Shown: one piece after another, positions 10,801 to 21,566 of the stretch
How positions within the stretch are numbered: position 1 is the first letter of the stretch
How the letters are laid out: every line of letters starts with the position of its first letter
Source of the DNA: Pseudomonas aeruginosa PAO1
GTDB taxonomy: Bacteria; Pseudomonadota; Gammaproteobacteria; Pseudomonadales; Pseudomonadaceae
DNA length: 64,000 nt
Reading direction: 5' to 3' (one strand)
Assembly (NCBI RefSeq): GCF_000006765.1
Contig: NC_002516.2
The notes under the pieces: model-generated
What the model was told of the DNA's origin: nothing
The model's database searches: none
What the model saw: only the letters and a program-made list of their open reading frames with translations
Made by a program: the position numbers and the translations under genes

Positions 10801-12102
10801 CGCCACGTCGAGCAGGTGGCCATCCTGGTGCCGGCGCACGGTATCGAAGCTGACCACCTGTTCTTTACGGGCGATGCGGGCGAGGATGTCGAGTTCCTCG
10901 TTCTCCTTGGATGGCGGCACCAGCAGGTCCACCACCCGCCGCCCGACCGCCTGCTCCTCGCGGTAGCCGAACAACGCCTCGGCCCCGCGATTCCAGTCGC
11001 TGATGACGCCGTCGAGGCCGACGCCGATGATGCCGTCCGCCGAATTGCCGACGATCGCCGCCAGCCGCGCCTGGGTCGCCGCCTCCCGACGCCGGCGCAG
11101 GCGGCCGAGGGCGCTGGCGTTGACCAGCGCCGCCAGCAACAGGCTGACCAGGCTGCCGGCCAGGAACAGGATGCGCGGCGAAGGCTGGTGCAGGCGCTGG
11201 ACGAACAGCGGCAGTGCGCTGAACGCCATCTGCCAGTGCCGACCGTAGATCTCCCGCCGCAGCATGTGGCCGAACAGCCGTTGAGCCGGCGCTGCGGCGC
11301 CGTTGACGAAGAAGGGCACGGCAGCGCCGTCGCCGGTGACGTCGCTGAGTTCGAGGTGGATCGCCGCGTTGTCGATGGGCAACCCGGCCAGCACCTCGCC
11401 GGTCAGCAGCGGCGCATAGCTCCAGCCGAAGCCTTCGAGTTCGCGCTGGGGCCCCGGCGGTGGAGTGATGCCGCTGCGGTAGATCGGCATCAGGATGAGG
11501 AACGATTGCTGGCGCAAGCCGCTGGCCTGGACCAGGGTGATCGGCCCCGTCAGGCGCACCTGCCCGGTCTCCAGGGCGGCGCGGGCGGCCTCCCGGCGAT
11601 TGGCTTCCGAGGCGATGTCCAGGCCCAACGCCTGGCCGTTGCGCGCCACCGGCTCGATGTACTGGATGACGTAGCGCTCGCCATCGTGCGGAGTCAGTTG
11701 CTGGATGCGGAACTCCGGCTGGCCGTCGGCCCGCGCCTGGCGCAGGAACCCGGCCTCGTCGGCGGCCGCCACCCGGCGTATGAAGCCGAAGCCGCGGGCG
11801 CCGGGAAACTCGCGGTCGATGTCGCGGGTCAGGCTGTAGCGGCGGAACAGTTCGCGGTCGATGTGCACCTCGCCCGCCGTCAGCAAGGCACCGCGCACCC
11901 CGCGCAAGCCATACTGGTAGAGTTCCACGCGGCGGGTCACCGCCTCGGCCAGCAGTTCCGCCTCGCGTTCCAGCGCCATCCGCGCCTGTTGCTCGTTGAC
12001 CAGCGCCAGCCCCCAGGCGCCCAGCCCGGACAGCAGCAGTCCGAGCGCCAGTGTCGCGCCCGCCCAGCGGCTCAGCCTGAACTTGCTCTGTTGTACGTTC
12101 AC
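7849..12102 (-). CDS. Hybrid sensor kinase CHASE-PAS x3-HisKA-HATPase-REC-REC-Hpt
   Basis: 1417 aa; two TM segments around CHASE (IQYIEP...ALGLDI); MSHEIRTPMN; DTGIGI and GTGLGL; two VLMD receiver motifs; Hpt HTIKGSA. Confidence 0.96.
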   Translation of the reverse strand: MNVQQSKFRLSRWAGATLALGLLLSGLGAWGLALVNEQQARMALEREAELLAEAVTRRVELYQYGLRGVRGALLTAGEVHIDRELFRRYSLTRDIDREFPGARGFGFIRRVAAADEAGFLRQARADGQPEFRIQQLTPHDGERYVIQYIEPVARNGQALGLDIASEANRREAARAALETGQVRLTGPITLVQASGLRQQSFLILMPIYRSGITPPPGPQRELEGFGWSYAPLLTGEVLAGLPIDNAAIHLELSDVTGDGAAVPFFVNGAAAPAQRLFGHMLRREIYGRHWQMAFSALPLFVQRLHQPSPRILFLAGSLVSLLLAALVNASALGRLRRRREAATQARLAAIVGNSADGIIGVGLDGVISDWNRGAEALFGYREEQAVGRRVVDLLVPPSKENEELDILARIARKEQVVSFDTVRRHQDGHLLDVAVTVSPILGPDGGVVGASKTVRDISAKKAAEARIRELNTGLEHQIAERTAELRRLNVLLGSVLQAASEVSIITLDRDGIISGFNLGAERMLGYRADEVVGKASPTLLHSERELLARGQELGEEGFRVLVARAEQEGAETREWTYLRKDGSPLSVTLSVTVLRDEAGAINGYLGIAVDVTEWRNAEREMAAARDQLQMAADVARLGIWRWNLADDSLQWNERMCEMYGQPLALRDGGLVYEHWRSRLHPEDLERTEASLRAAVEGRGNYDVIFRVVLPDGGIRFIQAGAQVERDADGNPLQVTGINIDITSDQQLQARLREAKEQADAASAAKSSFLANMSHEIRTPMNAVLGMLQLARQTDLNERQRDYLDKASSAATSLLGLLNDILDYSKIEAGKLVLEMLPFELEPLMQDLAVVLSGNQGDKDVEVIFDIDPELPSAVVGDRLRLQQILINLAGNALKFTARGHVLVSLRRLAHDAHLVRLRVLVADTGIGISAEQQQRIFEGFTQAEASTSRRFGGTGLGLFICKRLVDLMGGELRVESAPGSGSRFWFDLDLDVAHDQPLRAACPGAGEPLRLLVADDNLVAGELLERTVGALGWRADCVGSGSEAVARVQAAMAEGRRYDVVLMDWRMPDLDGLSAAQLIRQLQGDLPPPMVIMITAYGREVLADARDHSAPPFVDFLTKPVTPKQLADSVLHALHGEQGAPANPPPRPVERTQRLRGVRLLVVEDNALNRQVAAELLSSEGARVALADGGLAGVQQVLEASVPFDAVLMDMQMPDIDGLEATRRIRADGRFAGLPILAMTANASLADREACLAAGMNDHVAKPIDKERLVLCLLGHLGRSGARGAPATAADAGELVEARGDIVGRFGGSLELIVQVLRRFVPDMQDLFAQLERQLGEGDVQGSAATLHTIKGSASTVGASALAGRASELEQALRRADPLRGMEILAGIRLDELRTLCDACLLRLQAMFGDVQAESAS

Positions 12103-12229
12103 CCGATATTCCGTCCCTGCGCCGGCCCGGCGCGGGGCAATCCCGCACTCCCTGCGCCTTTTCGTCCCAGAAGACTAGATCAAGCGGGCGGATTCCTCCG
12201 CCGAATCATCCGACCCCAGATATGACCGC

Positions 12230-13420
12230 TCACAACGACGTGCTTTTCAGCGCCTCCGCGTAGCGCAGTGCGGCGAACAGGGCGAGCAGCAGGCCGGCCA
12301 GCGCCAGCGCGGCGCCGACGTTGCCGATCGAGGCCAGGCCCATGCGTTCGCTGACCACGCTGCCGAGCAGCGCGCCGGCGCCGATGCCGACGTTGTACAG
12401 GCCGGAGAACAGCGCCATGGCCACGTCGGTGGCGTCCGAGGCGAGGCGCAGGACGCGGGACTGCTGGGCCAGGCCGAAGCACATGATCGACATGCCCCAG
12501 AGCAGGCTGAGCGCCATCAGCCAGGTCGGCTGCGCGGACAGCGGCAACAGCAGCGCCAGGCTGCTGCCCAAGGCGAGGATCGCGGCCAGCAGGAAGCCTC
12601 GCGGGAAAGCCTCGCTGTAGCGGCTGAAGAGGATCGAACCGAAGATCCCGGCGCCGCCGAACAACAGCAACAGCAGGGTGGTCGCCTCGCCGCTCATCTG
12701 CGCCACCTGCTTGGCGAAGGGCTCGATGTAGCTGTAGGCGGTGAACTGGGCGCTGATCACCACCACGGTCAGCACGTACAGGCAAACCAGCGCCGGGCGT
12801 CGGAACAGCATCGGCAGGCTGCGCAGGGAACCGGAGTTCTGGCTTGGCAGCAGCGGCAGGGAGCGCGCCAGGTAGAGCAAGGTCAGCACCGAGAGTCCGG
12901 CGATGGCCATGAAGGTGGTACGCCAGCCCAGGGCCTCGCCAACCACCCGCCCCAGCGGGATGCCCAGGACCATCGCCAGGGTGGTGCCGGTGGCCAGCAG
13001 CCCTAGCGCCTTGGCCTGCTGTCCCGGCGGCGCCACGCGCACCGCCAGCGAAGCGGTGATGGCCCAGAACACCGCGTGGGCGAAGGCAATGCCGATCCGG
13101 CTGAGCATCAGCACCTGGAAGCTCCAGGCCAGCCCGGACAGCACGTGGCTGGCGATGAACAGCAGGAATACCCCGACCAGCAGCTTGCGCCGCTCGATAT
13201 TGCGGGTCAGCAGCATCATCGGCAACGAGGCCAGCGACACCACCCAGGCATAGATGGTCAACATCAGGCCGACCTGCGAGGTGGGCATCTCGAAGCTGTG
13301 GCCGATGTCGCTGAGCAGGCCGACCGGGACGAACTCCGTGGTGTTGAAGATGAAGGCGGCCAGGGCCAGGGCGATCACGCTCAGCCAGCTGCCGCTGCGG
13401 GTTTCGGAGGTGCTGTCCAT
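12230..13420 (-). CDS. sotB: MFS sugar-efflux-type transporter (SotB/YdeA family)
   Basis: 396 aa from ATG 13420; [17 protein letters not shown] signature; about 12 hydrophobic segments. Confidence 0.88.
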   Translation of the reverse strand: MDSTSETRSGSWLSVIALALAAFIFNTTEFVPVGLLSDIGHSFEMPTSQVGLMLTIYAWVVSLASLPMMLLTRNIERRKLLVGVFLLFIASHVLSGLAWSFQVLMLSRIGIAFAHAVFWAITASLAVRVAPPGQQAKALGLLATGTTLAMVLGIPLGRVVGEALGWRTTFMAIAGLSVLTLLYLARSLPLLPSQNSGSLRSLPMLFRRPALVCLYVLTVVVISAQFTAYSYIEPFAKQVAQMSGEATTLLLLLFGGAGIFGSILFSRYSEAFPRGFLLAAILALGSSLALLLPLSAQPTWLMALSLLWGMSIMCFGLAQQSRVLRLASDATDVAMALFSGLYNVGIGAGALLGSVVSERMGLASIGNVGAALALAGLLLALFAALRYAEALKSTSL

Positions 13421-13573
13421 GGGGCGTTCGGTTCCGGAGCAGGGGGCGGACGGGCAGGTCCCGCGACCCTCGCCACGCACGACGGAAAACGCCCCGGACG
13501 CAAGGGTCCGGGGCGGCGATGTGCGTTGGATGGTCGTTATAGGTATTGGAGGGAACTGCCGAATCCCGCGATT

Positions 13574-14083
13574 CTACGCCGGGACGCCGTGCGCTGCACG
13601 CCCGCCCGGCGCTCCGGCGACCTTCCCGGAGCGATGGGACGGCTCCGGCAGCATCAGGCAGGCCATCGTCTCGCCCCAGGGCGCGAGGCCCTGTTCGACG
13701 AAGCCGGCGTCCCGATAAAGCTGGCGAGCCACGTCGTTGTCGACGGCGTAGGCGACCATCAGGCGATCGCTGCGCCGCCTCGTCCGGCGCACGCTGGCGA
13801 TGATCCGTTGCAGGGCGGCGCGGCCATGCCCCTTGCCCTGGTAGCGGCGGTCGATCATCAGGCGGTAGAGCCAGTAGTGGCCGTCGTCGGCGTCGGGGCC
13901 GTAGAGGGCGAAGCCGACCATGCGCCCGCCGTGGTGGATGCCGACCGCGCGGAACCCCGGCAGGAAGCGGCTCTGGGCCAGCGAATAGAGGTTGGAAGCG
14001 ACGAAGTGCGCCTGGTGGCGGGCGACCTTCAGGTCAATGCAGGTTTCCCAGTCGTCGCGGGTGATGGTTCTGAGTTCGATCAT
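13574..14083 (-). CDS. GNAT acetyltransferase (BltD/spermidine acetyltransferase-like)
   Basis: 169 aa from ATG 14083; LYRLMIDRRYQGKGHG acetyl-CoA motif; LYRDAGF. Confidence 0.88.
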   Translation of the reverse strand: MIELRTITRDDWETCIDLKVARHQAHFVASNLYSLAQSRFLPGFRAVGIHHGGRMVGFALYGPDADDGHYWLYRLMIDRRYQGKGHGRAALQRIIASVRRTRRRSDRLMVAYAVDNDVARQLYRDAGFVEQGLAPWGETMACLMLPEPSHRSGKVAGAPGGRAAHGVPA

Positions 14084-14502
14084 GGATGACAGGCTCTTGG
14101 AAAAAGGAGGAAAGAAAGTCGCTAGGTACGCTGCTGGACTGTTCATACGACATGCTTCGTTCCTCCCTTCGACTGGCCGAGCATCCGGCGGAAACGCAAC
14201 GATATCAGGAGAAGAGTCGATTATCCCAGCCGATGCCGGATTTTTTCGCCCATGGCTAGTGGCAGGATTTCCCCGGTGCCAGGCCAGCGACAGATAAATT
14301 CGAGATTTTCCTTGTCAGATCAGTCAGGTTCTCGCTATTACATTTAACCAAGACCCTGGAGCCAAGCCCCAGCGCACGGTTGCCTCGTCGCCCCACTCCG
14401 ACGGCTGATCGCCCTCTCCCCCGGCACGCAACCTGCCCGGCGCTCCCTTATCCGGATGCCGCGGTTCTTCTACGCCGCCGCGTCCCCTGCATGGAATCGC
14501 AC

Positions 14503-15888
14503 ATGTCTCATCGCCCTGTGATCAACGCCTCGGTCAGTCCGAAAGGCACGCTGGAAACCCTCTCCCAACGCGAAGTGCAACAACTGAGCGAAACCGCCAA
14601 CGGCAAGACCTACCAACTGTTCCGCCAGTGCGCCCTGGCGATCCTCAATACCGGCGCCCACAGCGACAACGCCAAGACCATCCTCGACGCCTACAAGGAC
14701 TTCGAGGTGCGTATCCACCAGCAGGACCGCGGCGTGCGCCTGGAGCTGATCAACGCGCCGGCCGACGCCTTCGTCGATGGCGAGATGATCGCCAGCACCC
14801 GCGAGATGCTGTTCAGCGCCCTGCGCGACATCGTCTACACCCAGAGCGGGCTGGACAGCCAGCACGTCGACCTGGACAGCTCCCAGGGCCTCACCGACTA
14901 CGTCTTCCAGCTGCTGCGCAACGCCCGTACGCTGCGCCCCGGCGTCGAGCCGAAGATCGTCGTGTGCTGGGGCGGCCACTCGATCAGCAGCGAGGAATAC
15001 AAGTACACCAAGAGGGTCGGCCACGAACTCGGCCTGCGCAGCCTGGATGTCTGCACCGGCTGCGGACCGGGGGTGATGAAGGGGCCGATGAAGGGCGCCA
15101 CCATCAGCCACGCCAAGCAGCGCATCGTCGGCGGCCGCTACCTGGGCCTGACCGAGCCGGGGATCATCGCCGCCGAGGCGCCGAACCCGATCGTCAACGA
15201 ACTGGTGATCCTGCCGGACATCGAGAAGCGCCTGGAAGCCTTCGTCCGCGTCGGCCACGGGGTCATCATCTTCCCCGGCGGCGCCGGGACCGCGGAGGAG
15301 TTCCTCTACCTGCTGGGCATCCTCATGCACCCGGACAACCAGGACCTGCCCTTCCCGGTCATCCTCACCGGTCCCCGCAGCGCCGAAGCCTACCTGCAGC
15401 AGCTCCATGAATTCGTCGGGGCGACCCTCGGCCATGCGGCGCAGCGCCACTACCGGATCGTCATCGACGACCCGGCCGAGGTGGCCAAGCAGATGGCCCA
15501 GGGCCTGAAGGAAGTGAAGCAGTTCCGCCGCGAGCGCAACGACGCCTTCCACTTCAACTGGATGCTGAAGATCGATGAAAGCTTCCAGCGCCCGTTCGAG
15601 CCGACCCACGAGAACATGGCCAGCCTCCAGCTCAGCCGCAGCCTGCCGCCCCACGAACTGGCGGCCAACCTGCGCCGCGCGTTTTCCGGGATCGTCGCCG
15701 GCAACGTCAAGGACAACGGCATCCGCATGATCGAGCAATACGGGCCCTACGAGATCCACGGCGACCCGGCGGTGATGCTGCCGCTGGACCGCCTGTTGCA
15801 GGCCTTCGTCAAGCAGCACCGGATGAAGCTGCCCGGCGGCGCGGCCTACGTCCCCTGCTACCGGGTGGTGCAGACCGAGGCGGCCTGA
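14503..15888 (+). CDS. ppnN: LOG-superfamily nucleotide 5'-monophosphate nucleosidase (PpnN/YgdH)
   Basis: 461 aa; CWGGH, TGCGPGVM, IEKRLEAF and PGGAGTAEE motifs. Confidence 0.9.
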   Translation: MSHRPVINASVSPKGTLETLSQREVQQLSETANGKTYQLFRQCALAILNTGAHSDNAKTILDAYKDFEVRIHQQDRGVRLELINAPADAFVDGEMIASTREMLFSALRDIVYTQSGLDSQHVDLDSSQGLTDYVFQLLRNARTLRPGVEPKIVVCWGGHSISSEEYKYTKRVGHELGLRSLDVCTGCGPGVMKGPMKGATISHAKQRIVGGRYLGLTEPGIIAAEAPNPIVNELVILPDIEKRLEAFVRVGHGVIIFPGGAGTAEEFLYLLGILMHPDNQDLPFPVILTGPRSAEAYLQQLHEFVGATLGHAAQRHYRIVIDDPAEVAKQMAQGLKEVKQFRRERNDAFHFNWMLKIDESFQRPFEPTHENMASLQLSRSLPPHELAANLRRAFSGIVAGNVKDNGIRMIEQYGPYEIHGDPAVMLPLDRLLQAFVKQHRMKLPGGAAYVPCYRVVQTEAA

Positions 15889-16005
15889 GCGCGCCCGCTC
15901 CGGCATCCCTGCGCCGCGCGCGGGGATGCCCATTTATTCCGAGCCGGGCGTACGGCTTCCTGCTACTCTTTTCCGTTCATGCCTCGAATCGCTGGCCCTG
16001 ACCTC

Positions 16006-16593
16006 ATGTCCCCATCTCCATCGCCAGCCCTCGCCGCACTCCGCGACGCCACCCGTGACCTGCACGCAGAACTGGACCGCCGTTCGCCGTTGGGCGACGA
16101 CGATCTCGACGACCGCGCCTACCTCGACCATGCCGGACGCATCCTTGGCTGGCTCGAACCCCTGGAGCGCGCGCTGCGCGACAACCGCAGCGGCTGGCCG
16201 GCGGCGCTGCGGGCCGACGCGCGGCTGGTCAAGAGCACCTGGCTGGAAAGCGACCTGCTGGCCGGCGGCATGAGCCGCGCGCAGGTGGAGGCGCTACCGC
16301 GCTGCGCCGACCTGCCGAATGCGACACGGGCCGCGGAGGTCTTCGGGGTGGCCTACGTGATGGAAGGCGCGACGCTGGGCGGCGCGTATCTCTACAAACG
16401 ACTAGCTCCACGCCTGCCCGGTCTGCCGCTACAGTGGTTGCAGGGCTACGGCCAGGCAACCGGGGTGCGCTGGCAGGAGTTTCTCGAACAGCTCGCCCGG
16501 CAGATCGACAGCCCCGAAGCCATCGGCCTTGCGCAGGATGCGGCACAGGCTACATTCCTTTCGTTTCGTCGATGGGTTCTCGACGAAGCCTGA
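16006..16593 (+). CDS. bphO: Heme oxygenase (biliverdin-producing)
   Basis: LRDATRDLH proximal His; YVMEGATLGG; directly upstream of the phytochrome gene. Alternative ATG at 15979. Confidence 0.93.
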   Translation: MSPSPSPALAALRDATRDLHAELDRRSPLGDDDLDDRAYLDHAGRILGWLEPLERALRDNRSGWPAALRADARLVKSTWLESDLLAGGMSRAQVEALPRCADLPNATRAAEVFGVAYVMEGATLGGAYLYKRLAPRLPGLPLQWLQGYGQATGVRWQEFLEQLARQIDSPEAIGLAQDAAQATFLSFRRWVLDEA

Positions 16594-16620
16594 CTGCCTG
16601 GAGACCAGGCTGGACGATAG

Positions 16621-18807
16621 ATGACGAGCATCACCCCGGTTACCCTGGCGAACTGCGAGGACGAACCCATCCACGTGCCTGGCGCGATCCAGCCGCACGG
16701 GGCGCTGGTCACCCTGCGCGCGGACGGCATGGTCCTCGCGGCAAGCGAGAACATCCAGGCGCTACTGGGGTTCGTCGCCTCGCCGGGTTCCTACCTGACG
16801 CAGGAGCAGGTGGGGCCGGAGGTCCTGCGCATGCTCGAAGAGGGACTGACCGGCAACGGCCCATGGTCGAACAGCGTCGAGACGCGGATCGGCGAACACC
16901 TGTTCGACGTGATCGGCCACAGCTACAAGGAAGTGTTCTACCTGGAGTTCGAGATCCGCACCGCGGACACGCTGTCGATCACCTCCTTCACCCTCAACGC
17001 CCAGCGCATCATCGCCCAGGTCCAGTTGCACAACGACACCGCCAGCCTGCTCAGCAACGTCACCGACGAACTGCGCCGGATGACCGGCTACGACCGGGTG
17101 ATGGCCTACCGTTTCCGCCATGACGACTCCGGCGAGGTGGTCGCCGAGAGCCGTCGCGAAGACCTCGAAAGCTACCTGGGGCAACGCTACCCGGCCTCGG
17201 ACATCCCGGCCCAGGCGCGTCGCCTGTACATCCAGAACCCGATCAGGCTGATCGCCGACGTGGCCTATACGCCGATGCGCGTGTTTCCCGCGCTGAACCC
17301 GGAGACCAACGAATCGTTCGATCTCAGCTACAGCGTGCTGCGCAGCGTTTCGCCGATCCACTGCGAATACCTGACCAACATGGGCGTGCGCGCCTCGATG
17401 AGCATCTCCATCGTGGTCGGCGGCAAGCTCTGGGGACTGTTCTCCTGCCATCACATGTCGCCCAAACTGATTCCCTACCCGGTGCGCATGTCGTTCCAGA
17501 TCTTCTCCCAGGTCTGCAGCGCCATCGTCGAGCGCCTGGAGCAGGGGCGTATCGCCGAACTGCTGCGCGTGTCCACCGAGCGCAGGCTGGCCCTGGCTCG
17601 CCGCGCGCGGGACGCCGACGACCTGTTCGGCGCACTGGCCCACCCGGACGATGGCATCGCCGCACTGATTCCCTGCGACGGCGCCCTGGTCATGCTCGGC
17701 GGCCGCACCCTGAGCATCCGCGGCGACTTCGAGCGCCAGGCCGGGAATGTCCTGCAACGCCTGCAGCGCGACCCGGAACGGGACATCTACCACACCGACA
17801 ACTGGCCGCAGCCCAGCGAGGACTCTCCGGACGGCGGCGACTGCTGCGGTGTGCTGGCGATCCGTTTCCACCGCCAGGAATCGGGCTGGATCTTCTGGTT
17901 CCGCCACGAGGAAGTGCACCGCATCCGCTGGGGCGGCAAGCCGGAAAAGCTGTTGACCATCGGCCCCTCCGGCCCGCGGCTGACCCCGCGCGGCTCGTTC
18001 GAGGCCTGGGAGGAAGTGGTCCGCGGCCACTCCACGCCCTGGAGCGAAACCGACCTGGCGATCGCCGAAAAGCTGCGCCTGGACCTGATGGAACTGTGCC
18101 TCAACCATGCGGCCGAGGTCGACCGCATGCGCCAGCGCCTGATCGCGGTGCTCGGCCACGACCTGCGCAACCCGTTGCAGTCGATCTCCATGGCGGCGGC
18201 CCTGCTGTCCTCCAGCGACACCCGCACCACCGAACTGCGCCAACACATTTCCGCGTCCAGCAGCCGCATGGAGCGGCTGGTCAGCCAGATCCTCGACATG
18301 AGCCGCCTGCAATCGGGCATCGGCCTCACCGTGAACCCGGTCGACACCGACGTCTCGCAACTGGTGCGGCAGATCGTCTGCGAAACCGACGTCGCCTATC
18401 CCGGCCTGGTGATCGAGATCGCCATCGACCCGCAGGTTCGTGCCGTGGTCGACCCGGACCGCTACGCCCAGGTCGCCGCCAACCTGCTGAGCAACGCCCG
18501 TCATCACGGCCTGCCCGGCCGGCCGGTGCTGGTCACCCTGACCCGCCAGGGCGACGAGGTGTGCCTGAGCGTGCTCAACGAAACCAGCGGCCTCTCCGAA
18601 GCGCAGCTGGCCAACCTGTTCGAACCGTTCAAGCGCGAGTCGGCGGACAACCAGCGCAACCGCAACGGCCTCGGTATCGGCCTGTACATCTCCCAGGCCA
18701 TCGCCCAGGCCCACCAGGGGCGTATCGACGTGGACTGCCGCGACGACGTCATCACCTTCTGCCTGCGCCTGCCGGTGCGCCAGGCGGAGACCGGCTCCTC
18801 GTCCTGA
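16621..18807 (+). CDS. bphP: Bacteriophytochrome histidine kinase
   Basis: 728 aa; Cys12 in NCEDEPIH; PASDIP; PRGSF tongue; HDLRNPL; GLGIGL. Confidence 0.98.
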   Translation: MTSITPVTLANCEDEPIHVPGAIQPHGALVTLRADGMVLAASENIQALLGFVASPGSYLTQEQVGPEVLRMLEEGLTGNGPWSNSVETRIGEHLFDVIGHSYKEVFYLEFEIRTADTLSITSFTLNAQRIIAQVQLHNDTASLLSNVTDELRRMTGYDRVMAYRFRHDDSGEVVAESRREDLESYLGQRYPASDIPAQARRLYIQNPIRLIADVAYTPMRVFPALNPETNESFDLSYSVLRSVSPIHCEYLTNMGVRASMSISIVVGGKLWGLFSCHHMSPKLIPYPVRMSFQIFSQVCSAIVERLEQGRIAELLRVSTERRLALARRARDADDLFGALAHPDDGIAALIPCDGALVMLGGRTLSIRGDFERQAGNVLQRLQRDPERDIYHTDNWPQPSEDSPDGGDCCGVLAIRFHRQESGWIFWFRHEEVHRIRWGGKPEKLLTIGPSGPRLTPRGSFEAWEEVVRGHSTPWSETDLAIAEKLRLDLMELCLNHAAEVDRMRQRLIAVLGHDLRNPLQSISMAAALLSSSDTRTTELRQHISASSSRMERLVSQILDMSRLQSGIGLTVNPVDTDVSQLVRQIVCETDVAYPGLVIEIAIDPQVRAVVDPDRYAQVAANLLSNARHHGLPGRPVLVTLTRQGDEVCLSVLNETSGLSEAQLANLFEPFKRESADNQRNRNGLGIGLYISQAIAQAHQGRIDVDCRDDVITFCLRLPVRQAETGSSS

Positions 18808-18884
18808 CGACGAGGACCGTGCACAATGCAACGCTTGCAGGTATCTTCGGCAGCCATCGCCGTCTGACAGGATCGCCCCGTTCC

Positions 18885-19454
18885 ATGCCCCGCCTCCGCC
18901 TCCGGACCGTCCTCGCCTGCCTCGCCGTGTTCTGCGCGACTCCCGCACTGGCCAGGGTCGAAGTGCATTCGCTGCAACACAAGAGCATGGGGCGGGTGCT
19001 GACGGTCCGCGTCTCGGAGGAGATCGCGCCGGGCGACTACGAAACGCTGCTCAAGGGTTTGCGCAACAATCCGGGAACCTACTCGCGCAAGCTGCTCCTG
19101 CTGAACAGCATCGGCGGCAGCGTGCCGGAGGCGATCCGCATGGGCCGCCTGCTGCGCGAATCCGGCTTCGACGCGCTGGTGCCGTCGAGCAGCGTCTGCC
19201 AGGGCACCTGCGTCTACCTGCTGGCGGCCGGCAAGCGCAAGACCGTACGCGGCTACGTCGGCCTGCACCGTCCCTACTACGCCCACGGCGACTCGCTGCA
19301 CTCGCGCTCGGCCAACGGCATGCGCTACGACTCCGCCGCCTACTTCCGCGAAATGGATATCCCCAGCACCTTGGTACAGGCCATGCAAAGCACCGATCCC
19401 AAACGGATGCGCGTGCTTTCGGCGAAGGAACTGGCGCAGTACCGGCTGAACTGA
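18885..19454 (+). CDS. Exported ClpP/crotonase-like (COG3904-type) protein
   Basis: 189 aa; signal peptide; LNSIGGSV...CQGTCVYLLAAG...VGLH pattern. Confidence 0.75.
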   Translation: MPRLRLRTVLACLAVFCATPALARVEVHSLQHKSMGRVLTVRVSEEIAPGDYETLLKGLRNNPGTYSRKLLLLNSIGGSVPEAIRMGRLLRESGFDALVPSSSVCQGTCVYLLAAGKRKTVRGYVGLHRPYYAHGDSLHSRSANGMRYDSAAYFREMDIPSTLVQAMQSTDPKRMRVLSAKELAQYRLN

Positions 19455-19577
19455 ACCGGCGACTCCGCGGAACGAGCGAGGGCGCGCGGTGGCGTTGGCG
19501 ATAGTGGCCGATGCCGTTGTACCTCGTTTTCGTGCAACGGCAGGCCGAATCCAGTCCGGATCCGAACCGGCCCTACT

Positions 19578-20435
<858 letters not shown>

Positions 20436-21347
20436 TCAGCGACGGGACTCCCCGTCGGCCTGTCGCTGGCGGTAAGCGCTGGGGGTGAGCCCCGCGTAAC
20501 GCACGAAGAAACGACTGAAGTAGGCCGGGTCCTTGAAGCCGAGCTGGTAGCAGATCTCGTTCACCGAGCCGCCGGTGAACAGCAGCAGGCGCTTGGACTC
20601 CTGCATAAGCCGTTCGTACACCAGGCGCTTCGACGGCAGGTCGGCGATGCGCCGGCAGACGTCGTTGAGGCGCGCCTCGGTGACGCCGATCCGGCTGGCG
20701 TAGAGCGACAGCGGCCAGTGCTCGGCATAGCGCTCCTCGATCAGCGCGTTGAAGCGCTGGAAGATCTGCAGGTCTTCGTGGCGCATCGGCCGCGCAGCCA
20801 CCGAATTGGCCGAGAGACGCAGCAGGCTGATCATGACCAGCCGGGTCAGCGCCAGCAGCGCCTGCTGGCGGCCGGAGCGGCTGGCCATCGACTCGCTGCG
20901 CAACTGCTCGAAGAGCAGCGCCAGGCGCGCCGCCTCCTCGGCCGCGCCGCCCTCCAGGTTGCCCAGCGCCACGCAGGCCGGCGCCACCTGCGGGCCGGGC
21001 GCCAGGCCCGGCTCGGCCTCGGTGAGGCTCCACACCAGTTGCTGGCGCACGGTCAGCACATGGCCATCGGCGTCCGCCTCGGTGACGAAGGCGTGCGGCA
21101 CGGTCGGCGGGGTGAGGAAGAACATCGGCCCCGACTCCAGGTACTGGCGCTCGTCGAGATAGACCCGCACCGCGCCGTTCTTCACGTAGTGCACCTGGAA
21201 GAAGCGGTCGTGCCGGTGCGCCGGCATGTTGCGACCGAAGAATCCGGCCAGGTTGCCCAGCGCATCGTAGTGCACCTCGGCGTCGGCATAGCGCTGGTCG
21301 TAGACCTGCCCGATGTTGATGTTGGGGATCGGCTGGCGCTCTGGCAT
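20436..21347 (-). CDS. hpaA: AraC-family 4-hydroxyphenylacetate regulator HpaA
   Basis: 303 aa; cupin HRHDRFFQVH plus C-terminal double HTH (LGFKDPAYFSRFF). Confidence 0.93.
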   Translation of the reverse strand: MPERQPIPNINIGQVYDQRYADAEVHYDALGNLAGFFGRNMPAHRHDRFFQVHYVKNGAVRVYLDERQYLESGPMFFLTPPTVPHAFVTEADADGHVLTVRQQLVWSLTEAEPGLAPGPQVAPACVALGNLEGGAAEEAARLALLFEQLRSESMASRSGRQQALLALTRLVMISLLRLSANSVAARPMRHEDLQIFQRFNALIEERYAEHWPLSLYASRIGVTEARLNDVCRRIADLPSKRLVYERLMQESKRLLLFTGGSVNEICYQLGFKDPAYFSRFFVRYAGLTPSAYRQRQADGESRR

Positions 21348-21470
21348 GGCGATCTTCTCTTTGTTGTTCTTCCCGGCTGCGCACGCAAGCCGTCGCGGGC
21401 TTCCGTATACCGCAGACGGCGCCTCTTGCCACCTCCCCGGGACGAATGGCGCAGCAACCGGGGTTGACGA

Positions 21471-21506
21471 TCATTAACATGTTAAATATAACGTTAACAC
21501 ATTAAC
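21471..21506. promoter_or_regulatory. Two TTAA-N4-TTAA operator-like sites (HpaR/MarR type)
   Basis: TCATTAACATGTTAA (21471-21485; perfect 12-bp palindrome core) and AACGTTAACACATTAAC (21490-21506) in the hpaA/hpaG gap. Confidence 0.75.
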
Positions 21507-21566
21507 GAGTTTTCGCCAGGACGGCCCCCTCGCCGTTCGCTTATCGCGCCAGGAGACACCACCACA

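Noticed and set aside
7663-12225. 1520-aa plus-strand ORF; similar long ORFs at 16762-18948, 22818-24530, 29805-31600 and 44801-48454
   Set aside because: These are antisense shadows of well-supported genes. High GC3 suppresses stop codons on the opposite strand, and the translations have no domain motifs.
18560-18620. BphP G1 box reads LNETSG rather than DxGxG, suggesting a dead kinase
   Set aside because: Asn variants occur in active kinases; the H, N, F and G2 boxes are intact, and BphP is known to autophosphorylate.
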